From Phaeosaccion multiseriatum (taxonomy: Eukaryota > Protista > Ochrophyta, other classes): a stretch of 64,000 nucleotides of DNA. The translations under genes were made by a program, and so were the position numbers. The notes under the pieces are model-generated. The model saw only the letters and a list, made by a program, of their open reading frames with translations. It did not search any database and was not told the DNA's origin. Shown here one piece after another: positions 1-13,509 of the stretch. Numbering within the stretch: position 1 is the first letter of the stretch; every line of letters starts with the position of its first letter. The DNA lies in contig OZ218956.1 of NCBI GenBank assembly GCA_965112735.1, forward strand, positions 3,100,001 through 3,164,000, written 5' to 3'.

Positions 1-115
1 CTTTTCACCCTTTCCCTTCCCCTTCCTTCTCTGATGAGGAAGGAACCAGAGAGTTGGCACATGCGCAAGAGAGGCCACAGCAGGCGGGGAGCAGCCGAGC
101 CACTTGATGACTGAC

Positions 116-441
116 CTGGTCGACCCGTTGCAGTAGCTCATCGACCGTATCCGGACTATCCTGTAATAGGCTGGCCAAGCCTGCCAAGCTGCGAGGGAGG
201 GAAGGGGGACGGAGGGAGACCAAGACGAGAGGACGATCAGAGAGCCTGAACTACGCAAACATCGACATAGATAGATAGACAGAGATGGATGCACAGAGAG
301 AGAGAGGTGGAGAGAGAGGCAGGGGGGAACAACTGTGCACCTGTCCTCAGTGTCCTGCGGCGGCAGTCTCCTCATCAGATTGAGAGCGGCGGACAGGGAA
401 GACGACGCGCCATTGTCGCCCACCGCGGCCAAGGAAGACAT
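116..441 (-). CDS. CAPZB: F-actin capping protein beta subunit, first two exons (441-341, 188-116); gene continues off the left edge of the window
   Basis: Spliced translation MSSLAAVGDNGASSSLSAALNLMRRLPPQDTEDS-LAGLASLLQDSPDTVDELLQRVDQ matches the CapZ-beta N-terminal signature (ALDLMRRLPP...LL..VDQPL). GT-AG intron with consistent phase. Confidence 0.88.
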
Positions 442-618
442 GTCTTCACCACCACTACAAGTTGGACCAGTTGAGCGTAAGGAGGGGGGATTTTTTCAGC
501 TAAGGTTTAGACTTTAGCCCTTGGAGCACCAACATGTTACCTTAGCGGCATCGCACACAGGAGGGAACAAACGAACAAACATCAAAAGCAGCTGATCGGA
601 AGACAAATCCGGCCCAGG

Positions 619-3019
619 ATGGACGGGTGGGACGAAGCAAGCCTGGGGAGCGTCAGTAGTGGTGGGGGAAGCGGTGGCATCGTGGCGCCTCCACCACCTC
701 CTCCCACAGGAGGAGGTTACTATGCCCAACGCCCGACAGAGGGGGAGGAGGGGGAGGAGCAAGAACAGAGCCAAACACAACACCCCTCCTACCAGCAGCC
801 CGCCCACTACATGAGCTCTCCAGTGGGAAGGACGCCTGCAGGCGAGTATGACGAGGGAGACCGCCCCATCCCCCCCATGACGGACCCCGGAGCGTATCGA
901 GGGCCGGCTGCAGCAGTTTTCACGCCCCCCAGAGCGGGGGGAGGGGAAGACCGAGCGGGGGAGCGGTTGAGCTCTGTGATTCAGCAGCGCCAGTCGGAAC
1001 TCGACGACGTCCGAGCGAGCCCTCTGCTGGCGTTCAAGAACCAGGTGGGGCAGAGCAGAAGCGCCACGCAATCGGCCTCCAAGATGCTGGAGAGGGCGAA
1101 TCGCGCGCTCGGCGCCGACAGGAGTAGGCAAAGGTGAGAAGAAGAGATAGAAGGAGGAAGAGAGAAGCCATCATGCATCGAGGACAATCACTTCATCATC
1201 TCACTTTCTCCAAGGGAATGAAAGTACTGGATGCCATTCCCCGTCTCTCCCTTCTCTTTCGATGCGTAACCCCCCCTTTCCTCTTCTTTGACCTTTACTC
1301 CACCGTTCCCGCTACTCCCCCCTTCCATCAACCCGACAACCCATCCACGAACCCGCTCAGGCTCTCGAGTCACACCCCCCCCCGCAGAGTGACCCAGGCT
1401 GCCACTGTCGATGCCGCCCGCCAACGCTGGGGTGAGGAGAGTGGCCAGCAGAAGCAGCAGCAGCAGGAGCAGCAACACGACCAAGGCGCAGGAACCACCC
1501 CTACACCCCGAGTGGACAAGCTCCGAGGTTAGACTGTCGGGTGGCGGCGGCGAAAGAGGCGGTGTAGAGCAGGATAGCGCCGCCCTACTCAGTGTCAGTT
1601 ACCAGCCTCACTCTTAACCCCTCCTCTTTCCCTTCCTTGTCTTTCCATCGTTTCCCTTCCCCTCCTCTCAGAATCACCAATGGGCATATACTCTCCCCAA
1701 ACAACAATGACATACTCCCCTCCTCCTTCTCCTCGAGGCCCTGCAGGGCCTGCTGAAGGTCCCGGGGGCGAGGGACGAAGAGTCCCCCCGGGGGATGGAG
1801 CTCCCCCCAGGGGGGAGGACGACGGCGGCAGCAGTGACATGGCGATGACGGAGCACCAACACGGCCACCACGAGCCCTCGGCTGCTGCGGTGGCTGCTGT
1901 CTCGCTCCCTGTAGTGCCGAGTGTGGGGGTGGAAGAGGAGGTGACGTCCAAAGAAAACGCACGCAACTCCCAAATGTACGTACGGCCACCAGCGCTATCA
2001 GCGCTTGGAATGAATCATGTCGTTGAAATGACTCTTGCTGATTGGTTGATCGATCGATTGATTGACTGAGAAGAAGCGACTTTCTTTCTCTGTGTTTCAG
2101 CAAAACCTTCCTTCCTCCTTCCTTCCTTGCTTCCTTACTTACTTACTCACTTACCTTGGAGGGCTATGATACAGTTATACTCCCTCAACATCAGAATCTG
2201 ATGACATACACCTGATGCACTCCACCCCCCCATACTTCCCTACTTACCTACTTACCCACTTCCCCATCCACCCCAAAGCCTTCTTTCAACATGACCACGT
2301 GCCCTACTCCACCTGACGACTGCCTGCCTGCGTCGTCGTCCCCCCATCTCCTCCTCCTCCTCCTCCTCCTCCTCCTCCTCCTCCTCCTCCTCCTCCTCCT
2401 CCTCCTCCTCCTCCTCTTCCTCCTCCTCCTCCTCCTCTAAATGTGTATACCCACAGTGAGCACATGCAGCAGCAGCTGCAAAGGGTCCAGGAGGAGTTGA
2501 CGGCGGCGCAACAAGAGAGCAACGCCCTCCGTCAGGACTTAATCGCATTTGAGGTGAGACGGAGGGAGGGAGGGAGGGAGGGGGGAAGGGCAGAGGAGGG
2601 CGAAGGTAGAGAGACCTAGAGAAAGGGAGGGCAGATGGTAGAGGGAGGGTAGATAGAGAAGGTGAGGGAGACGGAGAGAGGACAGAGAGAGGGTAGATGG
2701 TGAGAGGGATGGAGCGAGGACAGAGAGAGGGGAGATGGTGAGAGGGAGAGAGATGGTAGACAGATGGCGGGTGGGCAGAGGGGGGTGTAGAGGAGCGATG
2801 GTAGATGGAGGTAGATGGATGCAGAGAAAGCCTGTCTGTCCTCCTACTGCCGCTGCGCCGCGGCGCACGCGGGTGATGGCGCGGAGGTGGAGGGTTAAGA
2901 AGATCCGAAACTGGAACTGACAGCGGCAGCGGTACTTACCCTCTCTCGCTCTCGCCCTTTTTCTCTCTTTTGTAGCTCAGTGGGGATTTTCCATCGAAAC
3001 TCCCTGTTCCCTATTCTGA

Positions 3020-3060
<41 letters not shown>

Positions 3061-3124
3061 TCTCTCTTCTTGCCCCCTGCTCCTGGCCTTGTGTTGGATC
3101 TCTCTCTCCCCCTCTCTCTCTCCT

Positions 3125-3169
<45 letters not shown>

Positions 3170-4097
3170 GTCTGCGCGCACCCGTTGGCAGGAAATGCGC
3201 CGAAGGACAGAGGAGATCGAGTCGCAGCTCTGTCTCGTGCAAGAGGCGAAGAATGAAACTGACGTTCGAGTAAGTTACCTTGTGCCCATGCCCCTCGATA
3301 GCAAAGGACCAGGACGTTCAAGCTGTTTGTGGTGCATTTGTCGATTGATCTCTCCGATCCATCCCATCCCCAGCCCCTTTTGGAGCCTTGAATCATTCCC
3401 GATGTCCTCCACCTCACAGAGCATATGCTTCTACGCTACTACTCCTACTGCTGCTACTGCTGCTTCTTTGTTTTCCCTTTGTCTTTTTGTGTGGCTCCCT
3501 CTCTCCCCTTTGTTTGAACAGAGTGTGGAGCTCTTCGATGAGCTCACAGGCATACGGGGAGAAGCCCAGCGCAGGGAGGAGGAGCTCACGCACGCTAGAG
3601 CAGAAACCCAGCGCATTCATGACAAGAACATGCAGCTGGCCGAGGAGCTACAGGTCAGAGAGAGAGAGAAAGAGAGGAAGGCATTGATACGAACTTGCTG
3701 AAGCGTACGTGTGTGTATGTGTGTGTGTATGTGTGTGTGGTCCCCCCTCTATGTTTGGGTCTCGTCCGCCTTGTCTTGTTCGCACTCTCGCTCGTCCGTG
3801 CCTCTTTCCTACCCCTCTTCTTTCTTATCTTTCCATGTTGGTCGTTCTCTTTCTCTCTCCCTGTGTGTGTGTCTCGTCTTCCCGACGCCACTTTTGTGTA
3901 CACGAACATCCCGACCCACCGTTTGGCTTCCTCTTTGTGTGCGTAATCGAAATGGATAGGCCGCCCATGAGTATGTAGAGCGACTGAGGAGGGAAGCCTC
4001 TTCAGCAGCTGCACAAGGAGGAGAAGGCTTCGACGATGAACGGTCTACGGGGGGCACCCCAAGGGGCGCGGGACCAGCACCATCACTAGTTGGTGAT

Positions 4098-4134
<37 letters not shown>

Positions 4135-4556
4135 GAGAAGTAGTTGGTGATGGTGCAGCGGAGGGTGTCCTGGAGGAGCTGCGTGCCGAAGTGGAAACCG
4201 CGCGAGCAGAGGCGGTTAAAGCCTCCCGAGCGGAAACGACAGCCAAGGAGAACATTGCCATTCTACACACGCAAATGAAGGAGTGGAAGGCCAAGGCACA
4301 GGGGCTCCAGCAGCAGCAGTCAAGTCAGCAGCCACAGCAGCAGCAGCAGCAGCGGCTAACCACAGCAGATAGAGGAGGAAGAGGAGGAGGAGTGGAGGAA
4401 GAAGGAGGGGGCTTACTTGTGGGTGCCCTCTTCGGCTTGTTGCGCCTTGTGATGAAGGCGGTGGGGCTCTCGGGGCTTATTTTGTTGGGGCTGGCGGTGT
4501 TGAGCTCCGATGTACTGCGGCCAAGGACTGTGGACTACTTTCGTCTCACGCACTGA
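619..4556 (+). CDS. Multi-exon hypothetical protein: low-complexity N-terminus, coiled-coil core, C-terminal hydrophobic (tail-anchor-like) segment
   Basis: Approximate exons 619-1132, 1389-1527, 1671-1974, 2457-2552, 3191-3269, 3522-3652, 3979-4556, bounded by GT/AG. Heptad-like segments (QLQRVQEELTAAQQESNALRQ; ELFDELTGIRGEAQRREEEL) and C-terminal LLVGALFGLLRLVMKAVGLSGLILLGLAVL. Confidence 0.6.
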
Positions 4557-4756
4557 CTCATTCTCGCTGACACGGCAGAGAGCAAGTAGAGGAGAGAGGG
4601 TGGGTGAGAGAGGGGGACGTGGTCGTGTCTTCGGGTCGGGTGAGAGGGTCCGGTGAGGGTCGGTTGAAGTCATTGCCGTTTCCTTTTGCCATTCCATTTT
4701 TTTCTCTCGGCAGGATGTTCTGTGGTTGCTGTTAGGGAGAGTGTTCGAGGGGGGGT

Positions 4757-5088
4757 TGACATGCTTCTGAGACAGGCCAGCCCAGAAGCAGCAAGCAGGC
4801 CGGCTGGCGCCGGCCAGAAGCAGGAAGCAGGGTCGCCTCAGAAGCATGTCAGGGGCCGAATAGCTATTGAAGGCTCAAAAAAAGAACAAGAAAAAAGAAA
4901 CATAATGGAAGGATCGCAGGCCAGCCCACAACCAGGAACCAGGCCGGCTGGCGCAGACCAGAAGCAGGAACCAACCTTGGCCCTCATCATTGCCTTATTA
5001 CATGGCTTTCCCCCAGAACCTGGAACCTGCCTGGCCGGCTGGCGCCGGCCAGAAGCAGGAACCAGGGTCGCCTCAGAAGCATGTCAGG
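4757..5088. mobile_element. MITE-like palindromic repeat element (family member 1)
   Basis: Inverted ends TGACATGCTTCTGAG ... CTCAGAAGCATGTCA, with the right end present twice (~4838-4858 and ~5072-5088). Internal GCCGGCTGGCGCCGGCCAGAAGCAGGAA units. Near-identical short copy at 34175-34250. Confidence 0.65.
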
Positions 5089-5272
5089 CTGATAAAGTTC
5101 ACAAGTTCTCAAGCCGAGAAGGAGGAAGGGCGGATGGATGACCAAATTTGGGCGAGCTGAAACTCAAATCCCTGGGGTGGACGACATTTCCCAGGGGACG
5201 CCCCCCTTCCCACAATTAGTCGTTGAGGCCGCCGAGAAACTTCTAAGCGTTACCCCACCCCTTACGTCCACC

Positions 5273-7077
5273 ATGGATCGCTCTTCCCTTGTGTACATGG
5301 CCAAGCTGGCCGAGCAGGCCGAGAGGTGCGTCCGGGGTGAGGAACGAGAAGGAGAGTGCGGGAGGGGATGGGATGAAAAAACCGCTCACTCTCAAGCGTC
5401 TGCATTGCAGAAGGAAGGACGTAAAGGGAGGGGGGGGCTAAAGGGAGAGACTATGCATTAGTGTACTCTTCGTCTTTGCTTCAGCAAGCAGTGGTGCGAA
5501 GAGGTGGTGCGGGGGCGCCCTGGCGCGGCGGGGCCGATTGTTTCAATGTTCCTCCCATTCATTTTTCAGAGAAAAGTCCTCGCCCACTTCCGATGCAGTG
5601 AGGAGAGCACCCCCGAGGCCCTCTACTGATCTCGCCATAGTCTGGTCTTGCCGGCGTTGTGGTCTTCCTCTTTCTCTGCGACTTTTTTTACGCACCCCTC
5701 CGCCTCTCGCTCGAATCTTCTCTGTCTCGCGGTTATCTACTGACTGCCGTGTTGTAGGGTTGTAGTGGGTAGAGACAGGGTTGAGGGGAAAGGGATAGGG
5801 TTGATGGGAAAGGGATAGGGTTGAGGAGAAAGGGGGGTGGTTCCTCTGCTGCCGCGCGCCGTCCTTTCGCTGGAGCTCCATGTGTTTTCCCCCTTCTCCC
5901 CCTTACCCGCCCCCCGCTAATCTTGGCACCTTACCCTTTCTCCCCCATCTACTTGACTTTGATTGAATGAAATAAACAGGTTCGACGAGATGGTCGAGCA
6001 CATGAAGGCCGTCGCCGTGCAGCCCCAGGAGCTGTCGGTGGAGGAGCGCAACCTCCTCTCCGTGGCGTACAAGAATGTCATTGGCGCACGCCGAGCCTCG
6101 TGGAGGGTCATCTCCAGTATTGAGCAGAAGGGAGAGCCCGAGAAGCAGCCCCTCATCCGCGACTACAAGAAGAAGATTGAGATGGAGCTTGAGACCATTT
6201 GCTCGGACATTCTCACCATCATCGAGAGCGAGCTCATCCCCAACTCCACCAGCGACGAGGGCAAGGTGTTCTACTACAAGATGAAGGGAGACTACCACCG
6301 TAAGTGCAGTCAGCCAGTCAGTCAGTCAGAGAGGGACGGGTGGGTGGGGTAGTGGTTCTTTCTCTGGGAGGTTCGTTACACTCACTGCCCAAAGTCACGA
6401 CCCCCATGCTTGCATTGAGAGTACTTTAATTATCTTCACCCATTTCACTTGCCCTGCCCTGCGCCCTCCTCCCCCCTCCCCTTCTCTCTAACTCAGGATA
6501 CCTGGCCGAGTTCCAGGGCGCGGACGGACGCAAGGACAGTGCCGACAAGGCCCTCGAGGCGTACCAGGTATGAGAGGGAGGGAGGGAGGAAGGGGAGAGG
6601 TATGGGGCAGGCATGGGTGGGCGCATTTACAGCGAGGGGCCGAAACACGCACGCTCCCCTCACCCCTCCCCTTTCCTCCCTCCCCTTCATTCTGTTCTCT
6701 CTCTCTCTTGCCTGCCTGCCTGCTTGCTTGCCCCTCCCCCTCCGCTTCTCCAACGCACACACACACACACACAGAACGCCGTCAACGTGGCACACAGCGA
6801 GCTGCCCCCCACGCACCCCATCCGCCTGGGCCTTGCCCTCAACTTCTCGGTGTTCTACTACGAGATCCTCAACTCACCCGACAGGGCTTGCAACCTCGCC
6901 AAGAGCGCTTTCGACGACGCCATTGCCGAGCTGGACACGCTGTCAGAAGAGTCGTACAAGGACTCCACCCTCATTATGCAGCTCCTGAGGGACAACCTCA
7001 CCCTCTGGACCAGCGACCAGGGAGAGGGGGATGAGGGCGCAAACGACCCGGACGGCACCCGAGTCGAGGACCTCTAG
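5273..7077 (+). CDS. 14-3-3 protein (4 exons: ~5273-5325, 5980-6300, 6497-6567, 6775-7077)
   Basis: [91 protein letters not shown]. Confidence 0.98.
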
Positions 7078-7750
7078 AGGGAAAAAAGAGTTGATTTGGT
7101 TTTTTATTGATGTGGGAGTCAACAATAAAATGGGTTGTGTCAAACATCAATAAAAAAAGGAAAGGGAACCAACCTTTTTTTTTAGGAGGAAAGGTACCTA
7201 GCGTGTAGTGTGTGTGGATGTGGGTGTAAAAAAATTGAAGGAAGCAAAACCCCGAAGAAAAAAAACAAAAAAAAAGCACAGTCACCAAAACTCGTGTTTG
7301 CATTTAGTGTCACAACAATTATGAGAGGGAGCAGAGTGGATGCCTCCGTTGTCTGGACAAATTTCCAATTTCCCCTCAACTCCCCCTACCTGGTGTTGTT
7401 TTTTAGCTGTGTTGTCGTACCTACCTACCTACCTACCTACCTACCTACCCACCTTCCTAACTGCCTGCCTGCCTGCCTGTCTACCTACCCACCCGCCTAC
7501 CTCTTTTAGCCCTCGCACCTGCTCTTTCTCTCTTCTCTGCAGTTTCCTGCCTCTGTGCGCCCACTCTCCGTGTCGGTCGTCCCATCGTTTTCCCCCCCCC
7601 CATCCATTCTGCCCTTGCATATGTATGGAGCTCCGTCCACTCAAGAGCAAGAACGTTGCCTCTCTGCCTGCCTGCCTGCAAAGCCCAAACTTCATCGTCC
7701 TCTTTGTGTAGTATAGGTGGCCCCAGGGACCTAAGCCATTATTAGCGTAG

Positions 7751-8012
7751 TCGACGCTGGCCCGGTAGCACGCTACTGGCGGCCGGCCGGTACCAGGTAG
7801 CACGCCAGTTGACGCCGGCGGTAGCAGGCAGCAGCTAGCTCACGCCGGCGGTGGCAGCTGATGGTTGGCCGGCCGGCCGGTCGGCCGGTAGCAGGTCAAG
7901 GTCGGCTGACGCCGGCGGTAGAAGGTAGCACGCCGGCTAGCGCCGGCAGCAGCAGGTAGCACATTGGCTGACGCCAGCGGTAGCAGGTAGCAGGTACCAC
8001 GTCAGGGGTCGA
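7751..8012. repeat. GC-rich degenerate tandem repeat element (family member 2)
   Basis: Repeated (C/T)GACGCCGGCGGTAGCAGGTAGCACG-like units ending in GTCAGGGGTCGAC, the same terminus as the 33149-33592 element. Confidence 0.6.
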
Positions 8013-8150
8013 CAGCAGCACACTGCCTCACTATCTCACTGTCCCTTGATCGAATCAAATCAAAGCAAATCAAACTCCCGCGTTTCACGCCAGTCTTTCA
8101 AACGGCGGTCCCTTGATCATTTGTCTCTTGATCAAATCAATTCACATGTC

Positions 8151-11100
8151 TCACTGCGGTCCCTTGGGCTGGGAGGAGCCCACGAAGCGCTCGCTGTCGT
8201 TGACCAAGAGGTTGATACTCCGCTTAAGATCCCCGTACTTGACATTGGCCATCTTGAGCAAGAGGGCCTGCTCCCCTCCGAGCTTGGTTTGCGTCTCCGT
8301 GTACTTTTGCACCACCTGCAACCTGTCATAAGGTAACGCAAAAGGCAGGTGAGGAGGTCAGGTTAGTCAGGTACTGAAGAAAGAGGGAGACAGAAAGCCG
8401 CAATCATTTACCTCCCTCCCTCTCCACCATCCCTTCCTCCGTCCCTCCGTCCTTCCCTCCCTCCCTGCCTGCCTCTCCACCATCCCTATCCTCCGTCCCT
8501 CCGTCCCTCCGTCCCTCCCTCCCTACCTACCTTGTCTGCCAGCGATTGGCAACACCCCCCGCCAGCACCCTCCCCGTGGTGTCTTCAATAGTGTCGAATC
8601 GCGCCACCGTATGCTTGGCATAGTCGAGCAAGATGTTGAGCATCTGAGTCGTGGACTCTGTCGATGCTTTGGAGTCACTATCCCCACCTGCGAAGAGCCC
8701 GTGTGCGTTCTTCATAACCTCGAAATCGAGCTCCCACATTAGCACCAGCAGCCGCGCGATGACCCAATGGGTGATTGTTTCTTTCTGCTCGTCGGAGGCC
8801 TTCTCGTGCGTCAGTAAGGGGTGGTTGCCCGGGTTATCGCCTTCCTCCTTTTCGCAGAGCGTCATGAATGCTAGTGTGGTATGCATGCCATTGACAATCG
8901 AAATCTTCCTCCTGCAGAAGTAGTGCGCCTCCGCCTCACTGAAGGGCAACCTGACGTTGTCTCCGGTGAAGGGCGGCAGAGCAATGCCCTCAGTAGGGTT
9001 CAGTACCACAATCTCGCCCACATGCGGCTCGGCGCTGGTCTGCACATGCGTCACCTTCTCCTCCGAGAAATCCACCTCCCTGTCCGTGGAGATGCGATCC
9101 ACCATGCAAGTGACCACATTGGCCTTCCCCTGGAGAATCTCCGCCATTTTGTCCACCATTCCGTGGTCATTCTCACAGCAATACACTGACTTTAGCTGGG
9201 CTGGCTCTGCCCCCTCAGGCACAGTGTCCTTGAGCAGAGGCGCAACCACCACCTTCTCCAGCACAGGGCCAAGAGAGGTGGAGATGGTTGTGGCGGCTCC
9301 AATGACCAGCCCCACCAACACAGGGTCAACGGAGAGAACCATGAGCTTCGTGCCTGGCTTGTACAGCTGGTAAGCCTCAGGGAGCTGAGGAAGAGTGTGA
9401 GAAGATCGGAGTGGGGTGGGGTGGGGGGGGGTGGGTGGTTTTGGCAGGTACGGTGTGTAGCATTTAGATACGTTGGGGTTGGGGCGCTGATTGCCTGCTT
9501 GTTGGTTGGGTGCTGTCGCTGTTGTTGTTGTTGAAAAAAAAGATCCTCCCCTCCCCTTCCCTCACCTGCTCTGCACTGGTAATAAGCGTCACGCCCTCCA
9601 GGGCAAGCTCTCCATTGACGCTAAAGTTCACCTTCCCATCCTTGCGCTTCTGAAGCTGCTCATAGTCACCAAAGGGCGCGTCCACGAGACAGAAGGGCGT
9701 GTCTCCACGTGCTATGGCCGGGACCACGAGACTCAAACCCAAGCGCCCCGCACCGAAATGCACATGGAACTTCGACTTTGGACGTCTGTGGGGGGGGGGT
9801 GTGAGTGTGTGAGTGTGTGAGTGTGTGAGTGTAGGTATATGGGGGGTATATGGGCATGTGTGGGGTGTATGGGCATGTGTGTGTGTACGTGTGTGTGTGT
9901 GTTTTGTGGGTTGGGGATAGGTGGCGAGAGGAAGAGGCAGGGGAGGGGAAGGGGGAGGGAGAGAGGACGGGACAGGGAAGGGAGGAAGGGAGGGGAGGGG
10001 GTGAGACAGCCAAGATATGCGAGGCAGGAGAAAGAGGAGAGGAGAGACAGGAGACTGGAGAGATCGAGGAGACAGAAGAGACTCGCTCCCATGGCCACCC
10101 ACTCACTCCTTCTGCTCCCGATGCGCGAGGAGGTACGCCCTCTGACCCACGGGCATGAAGCGGGCGTGCCTCTTGTCCATCATGGCCGTCACCGAAGTGA
10201 CCTGATGCATCATGCACACACATGTCCCACAGCAGGGTCGAATCGAAGGGGGGAGAGAGGGGAGGGGAGGGGAGGGGAAGGACGAGAATGGGGGAGGCTG
10301 TCTCGGGCTATTCAACGATCGGCTATCGCAACACAAATCACCCCTCTCTCCTTCGCTCCCCCACTCCCTCACCTCTCCCGTGGCCCCCGAGGAAGCTCCG
10401 TTACGGAAGCGCAGGTAAGACAGGCGATAGGCTGTAATAGCATTGAACACCTGAGTCAGCGAGTCGGTGAGTGTTTACGTGAGTGAGTGAGCGAGCGAGC
10501 GGGTGGGTGGGTGGTTGAGTTTGTGATGGAATGCGTAAATGAATTGCTGTGGTTGAGTGAGTGAGTGAACGCATGCCGGGGAGGAAGAAAGAGGGGGCCG
10601 AAGACTTTGGCGGAGTCAGATACTCTTGCATGACAGAAGAATAATACAAGGAAGAGTGGCCTAGCCAGCACTGTCCTTCTTGGCACGCTTTCTTGTCTCC
10701 CCAATCCAAGATTACCTCCATATTGGCCGCCTCCTTGCCTCCCATAACGGCGTAGAAAGCTCCATCCTGGGCAATGCTCTCCTCTGCTGCCGGCACGGTA
10801 CTTCCTTGGTCCACCAGGAAGGGGTTTGATGGGCCTGTATTGGGGAGGGAGTGGGGGAGGGGAGGGGTGAAAAGCAGAGTAGTAGGCCCCTTCCTTTCCC
10901 TCTTTCCTCCTTCCCCGCTTCTCTCTATCTCTCATCACCGACACACACGCCATAGCGATGCATACCTGAGGGCTCTCCCTTGGCTCCCCTGGCTGCCCCG
11001 GAGCGGAAGGACTGTGGAGGGACAGGGTAGGAAGAGGGAAGTGAGGACACATTCTGGGCGGTATCTCATCAAGTCAGGTCGCTTCCCGCGGTCCCCTTTC

Positions 11101-11478
11101 AACCACCTCACCCGGTAGTGCTTGCGGAAAAGCACGACTCTGATGATACAGAGGGCGAAGGAGGAGGGTAGGGGGGAGGGGGAGGAAAAGAAAGAGAGGG
11201 GGGAAGAGGAGGAGAAGGTACGCAGTTGAGCAAGATCAAGTGCAATTTGGGAAAAGAGTCATGTAATGCAGCATTTCATTCACCGCCCCCATGCATGAGC
11301 CAAAGCATACGCCGAAGAGGAGGCTGCTTAGCACTTTCTACAAAGGAACAGAGTGAGAGAATGCGGGCAGCAAAAGGAGGGAAGGAAAAATAAGTGCTGC
11401 TGACGTACGATTATCGACGTACCGATCGCCCTCCAGCCACGACCCAACCGCATCCCCAAGCTTCGAAGTGGACGCCAT
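8151..11478 (-). CDS. Mannitol-1-phosphate dehydrogenase (algal type) with N-terminal extension, ~9 exons
   Basis: Rossmann motif HVHFGAGRLG, VYCCEND, CMVDRI and catalytic RRKISIVNGMHTTLAF of long-chain polyol dehydrogenases (M1PDH). Exons join in frame from MASTSKLG (11478) to ...PKGPQ* (8151). Confidence 0.88.
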
Positions 11479-11767
11479 GACTGGCGGGTGCCTCTGCGTC
11501 TGTGTCAGAGGGACCGGCTTAACACAAGTGTGCAATGATAACCAAAGTGGGAGCGTTGCTTTCTCTCTCTCTTTCTCGCTTTCCTCTCAGTTCATTCGAG
11601 TACCCTCATTCCCCCCAATTTTTTAATTGGTGTCGGGACTTGTCCCCCTTTTTTCTCTCCTCCCCTTTTTCCCCTTCCTTCTTTTACGCTATCTTCTTCG
11701 CTGCTAGTCTCAGGTTCCCCACAAGCTCTTGCATAAACACCGACACCCCTTAGCAGTCCATACTAGT

Positions 11768-12022
11768 ATGAAGGGACTGATGTCTGGCAAGGCGGCTGAG
11801 AAAGCAGCGGGAGACGCCGCCACGAAGGCCAAGACAGAAACGGTGCCTGTGCTGGAGGTGCTGGAGGAGGATGACGAGTTTGAGGAGTTCGCCAACCCTA
11901 ACTGGGGGGAGAAGTCCGAGGACAAGGAGGACGCCCAGCAGTGGCAGGACGACTGGGATGACGACGACATGGACGACGAGTTCTGCCAGCACTTGAGAAA
12001 GGAGCTGCAACAGAACGCATAG
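11768..12022 (+). CDS. SEM1: DSS1/SEM1 (26S proteasome subunit, BRCA2 partner)
   Basis: LEEDDEFEEF ... WQDDWDDDDMDDEFCQHLRKEL, the DSS1/Sem1 signature. The start could instead be 11780. Confidence 0.93.
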   Translation: MKGLMSGKAAEKAAGDAATKAKTETVPVLEVLEEDDEFEEFANPNWGEKSEDKEDAQQWQDDWDDDDMDDEFCQHLRKELQQNA

Positions 12023-12405
12023 GTGTAGGCGTGGGAAGGGGATAGGCCGCTGCTTTTTCTTCTTTTACTCTCTGGGCGAGGGGAGAAGGGGTGGCGGAGC
12101 GTCTGGAGGAGCGTCTGCCTGCCGGGCTGATGGGAAGATGCTGCGGGTGGTGTTGCCTTTTTGCGCCTATACAGAAGAGAGGGGCGGAGAAGACAAGTGG
12201 GAGGCGCAACTACGAATGCGACCAATTGCACAGCGCTTTCCCCCCCCCGATTGGAGCAGCCAGGGAGGAACTGCCAGTGGCCCAGGCAGAGCAGCAGTGT
12301 GTACAGCAGTGAGCGAGTTCGTAGGGGAAGGAACGTATGGAACAAGGAACAAGGGCGACAAGGGTGGGGAGGCACAGATGGAGATGGGAGGCGTCTCATC
12401 GCATC

Positions 12406-12444
<39 letters not shown>

Positions 12445-13410
12445 GGTGCACTGTAGTGTATGTGTTCCATCGCAGCGTGCCTTTTATTGCCTGCAAGGGT
12501 TTCTTTCAACAGTGGTTTCGGTGAACGTGGCGGCGGCTGACAGAGCTTCTAAAGAAGCTTTGCTTTGCCACCCACGGAGCTGTTTGGCTGGGCGAAAACT
12601 CAGATCGTGCTGGATTATACTTACTGCGAATGCTGTCGCTCGCTGCTGAGAGCTGCTCTCGACTTCGTAGCTTCTTCGCATAGGGCGTTGCATGGCACCC
12701 CACCTCTTTTTGTATTCGAGGGCAATTGATATAATCGAACGCTAGTTACACCCAACCACCGCTTCCCCTCAAGGGAGTTGATGTCACTGGGAGAGAGTGC
12801 AGGGGGGATATTTTACTGCCCTTCAAGAGGTGCTCCTGCCCACTCTTTGCTCAGCGGAGGAGGACACAGCGGAGCCGAAAGTTTTGCAGTGCATGTACAT
12901 TGACCATGATGCCTTCAAAATTCGGTAATTCACTACCCAAGTGCCGACCTCTCCACGCGCCATCTATCCCGTCTATACATGGATACATACATGCCTCTCC
13001 ACCGTTATGCGTCACACCCACACACTCTTCCTTCCTATTGCTGTTGCGACATGCTATACTGTAGCCCCTACCCCCACCCCCCCCGGCCCCTCCCTGCGCT
13101 TCCCTGGCGACCTCTCCTCTCTCACCAACCGTTTCGAAACGCTGTACATGATGGGAGGCACAGGGGCTATCAATGAATACATGTACATATCGTTCAAGCC
13201 AGCGAAGGGGCACCGCACAGAGAGCTCCCCGCCTCTTAGCTTGATACCTTCTCCTCCCATTGGCATACACCGGAACGGAAGCCCACAAAGCACCGTCCGT
13301 GGTCTGTCCGCCCACCTGCAGAGCTCCTTTTCCTCCGAGGAAGACAAGTCAAGCGCAGTAGTGGGCTGGCGCTTTTGGTGCACGTCGTCCTACCCCCTGC
13401 CTCCAATCCA

Positions 13411-13443
<33 letters not shown>

Positions 13444-13509
13444 ACTACTGCAAATCTCTCGGTCTTCTGGTCGCTGGCCGCTGGCCGCTGAGCTTGTCCA
13501 AGCACACCA

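Noticed and set aside
10560-10715. Possible non-canonical GC donor in M1PDH
   Set aside because: A canonical in-phase GT donor (GAG|GTAATC at 10715) explains the gene model.
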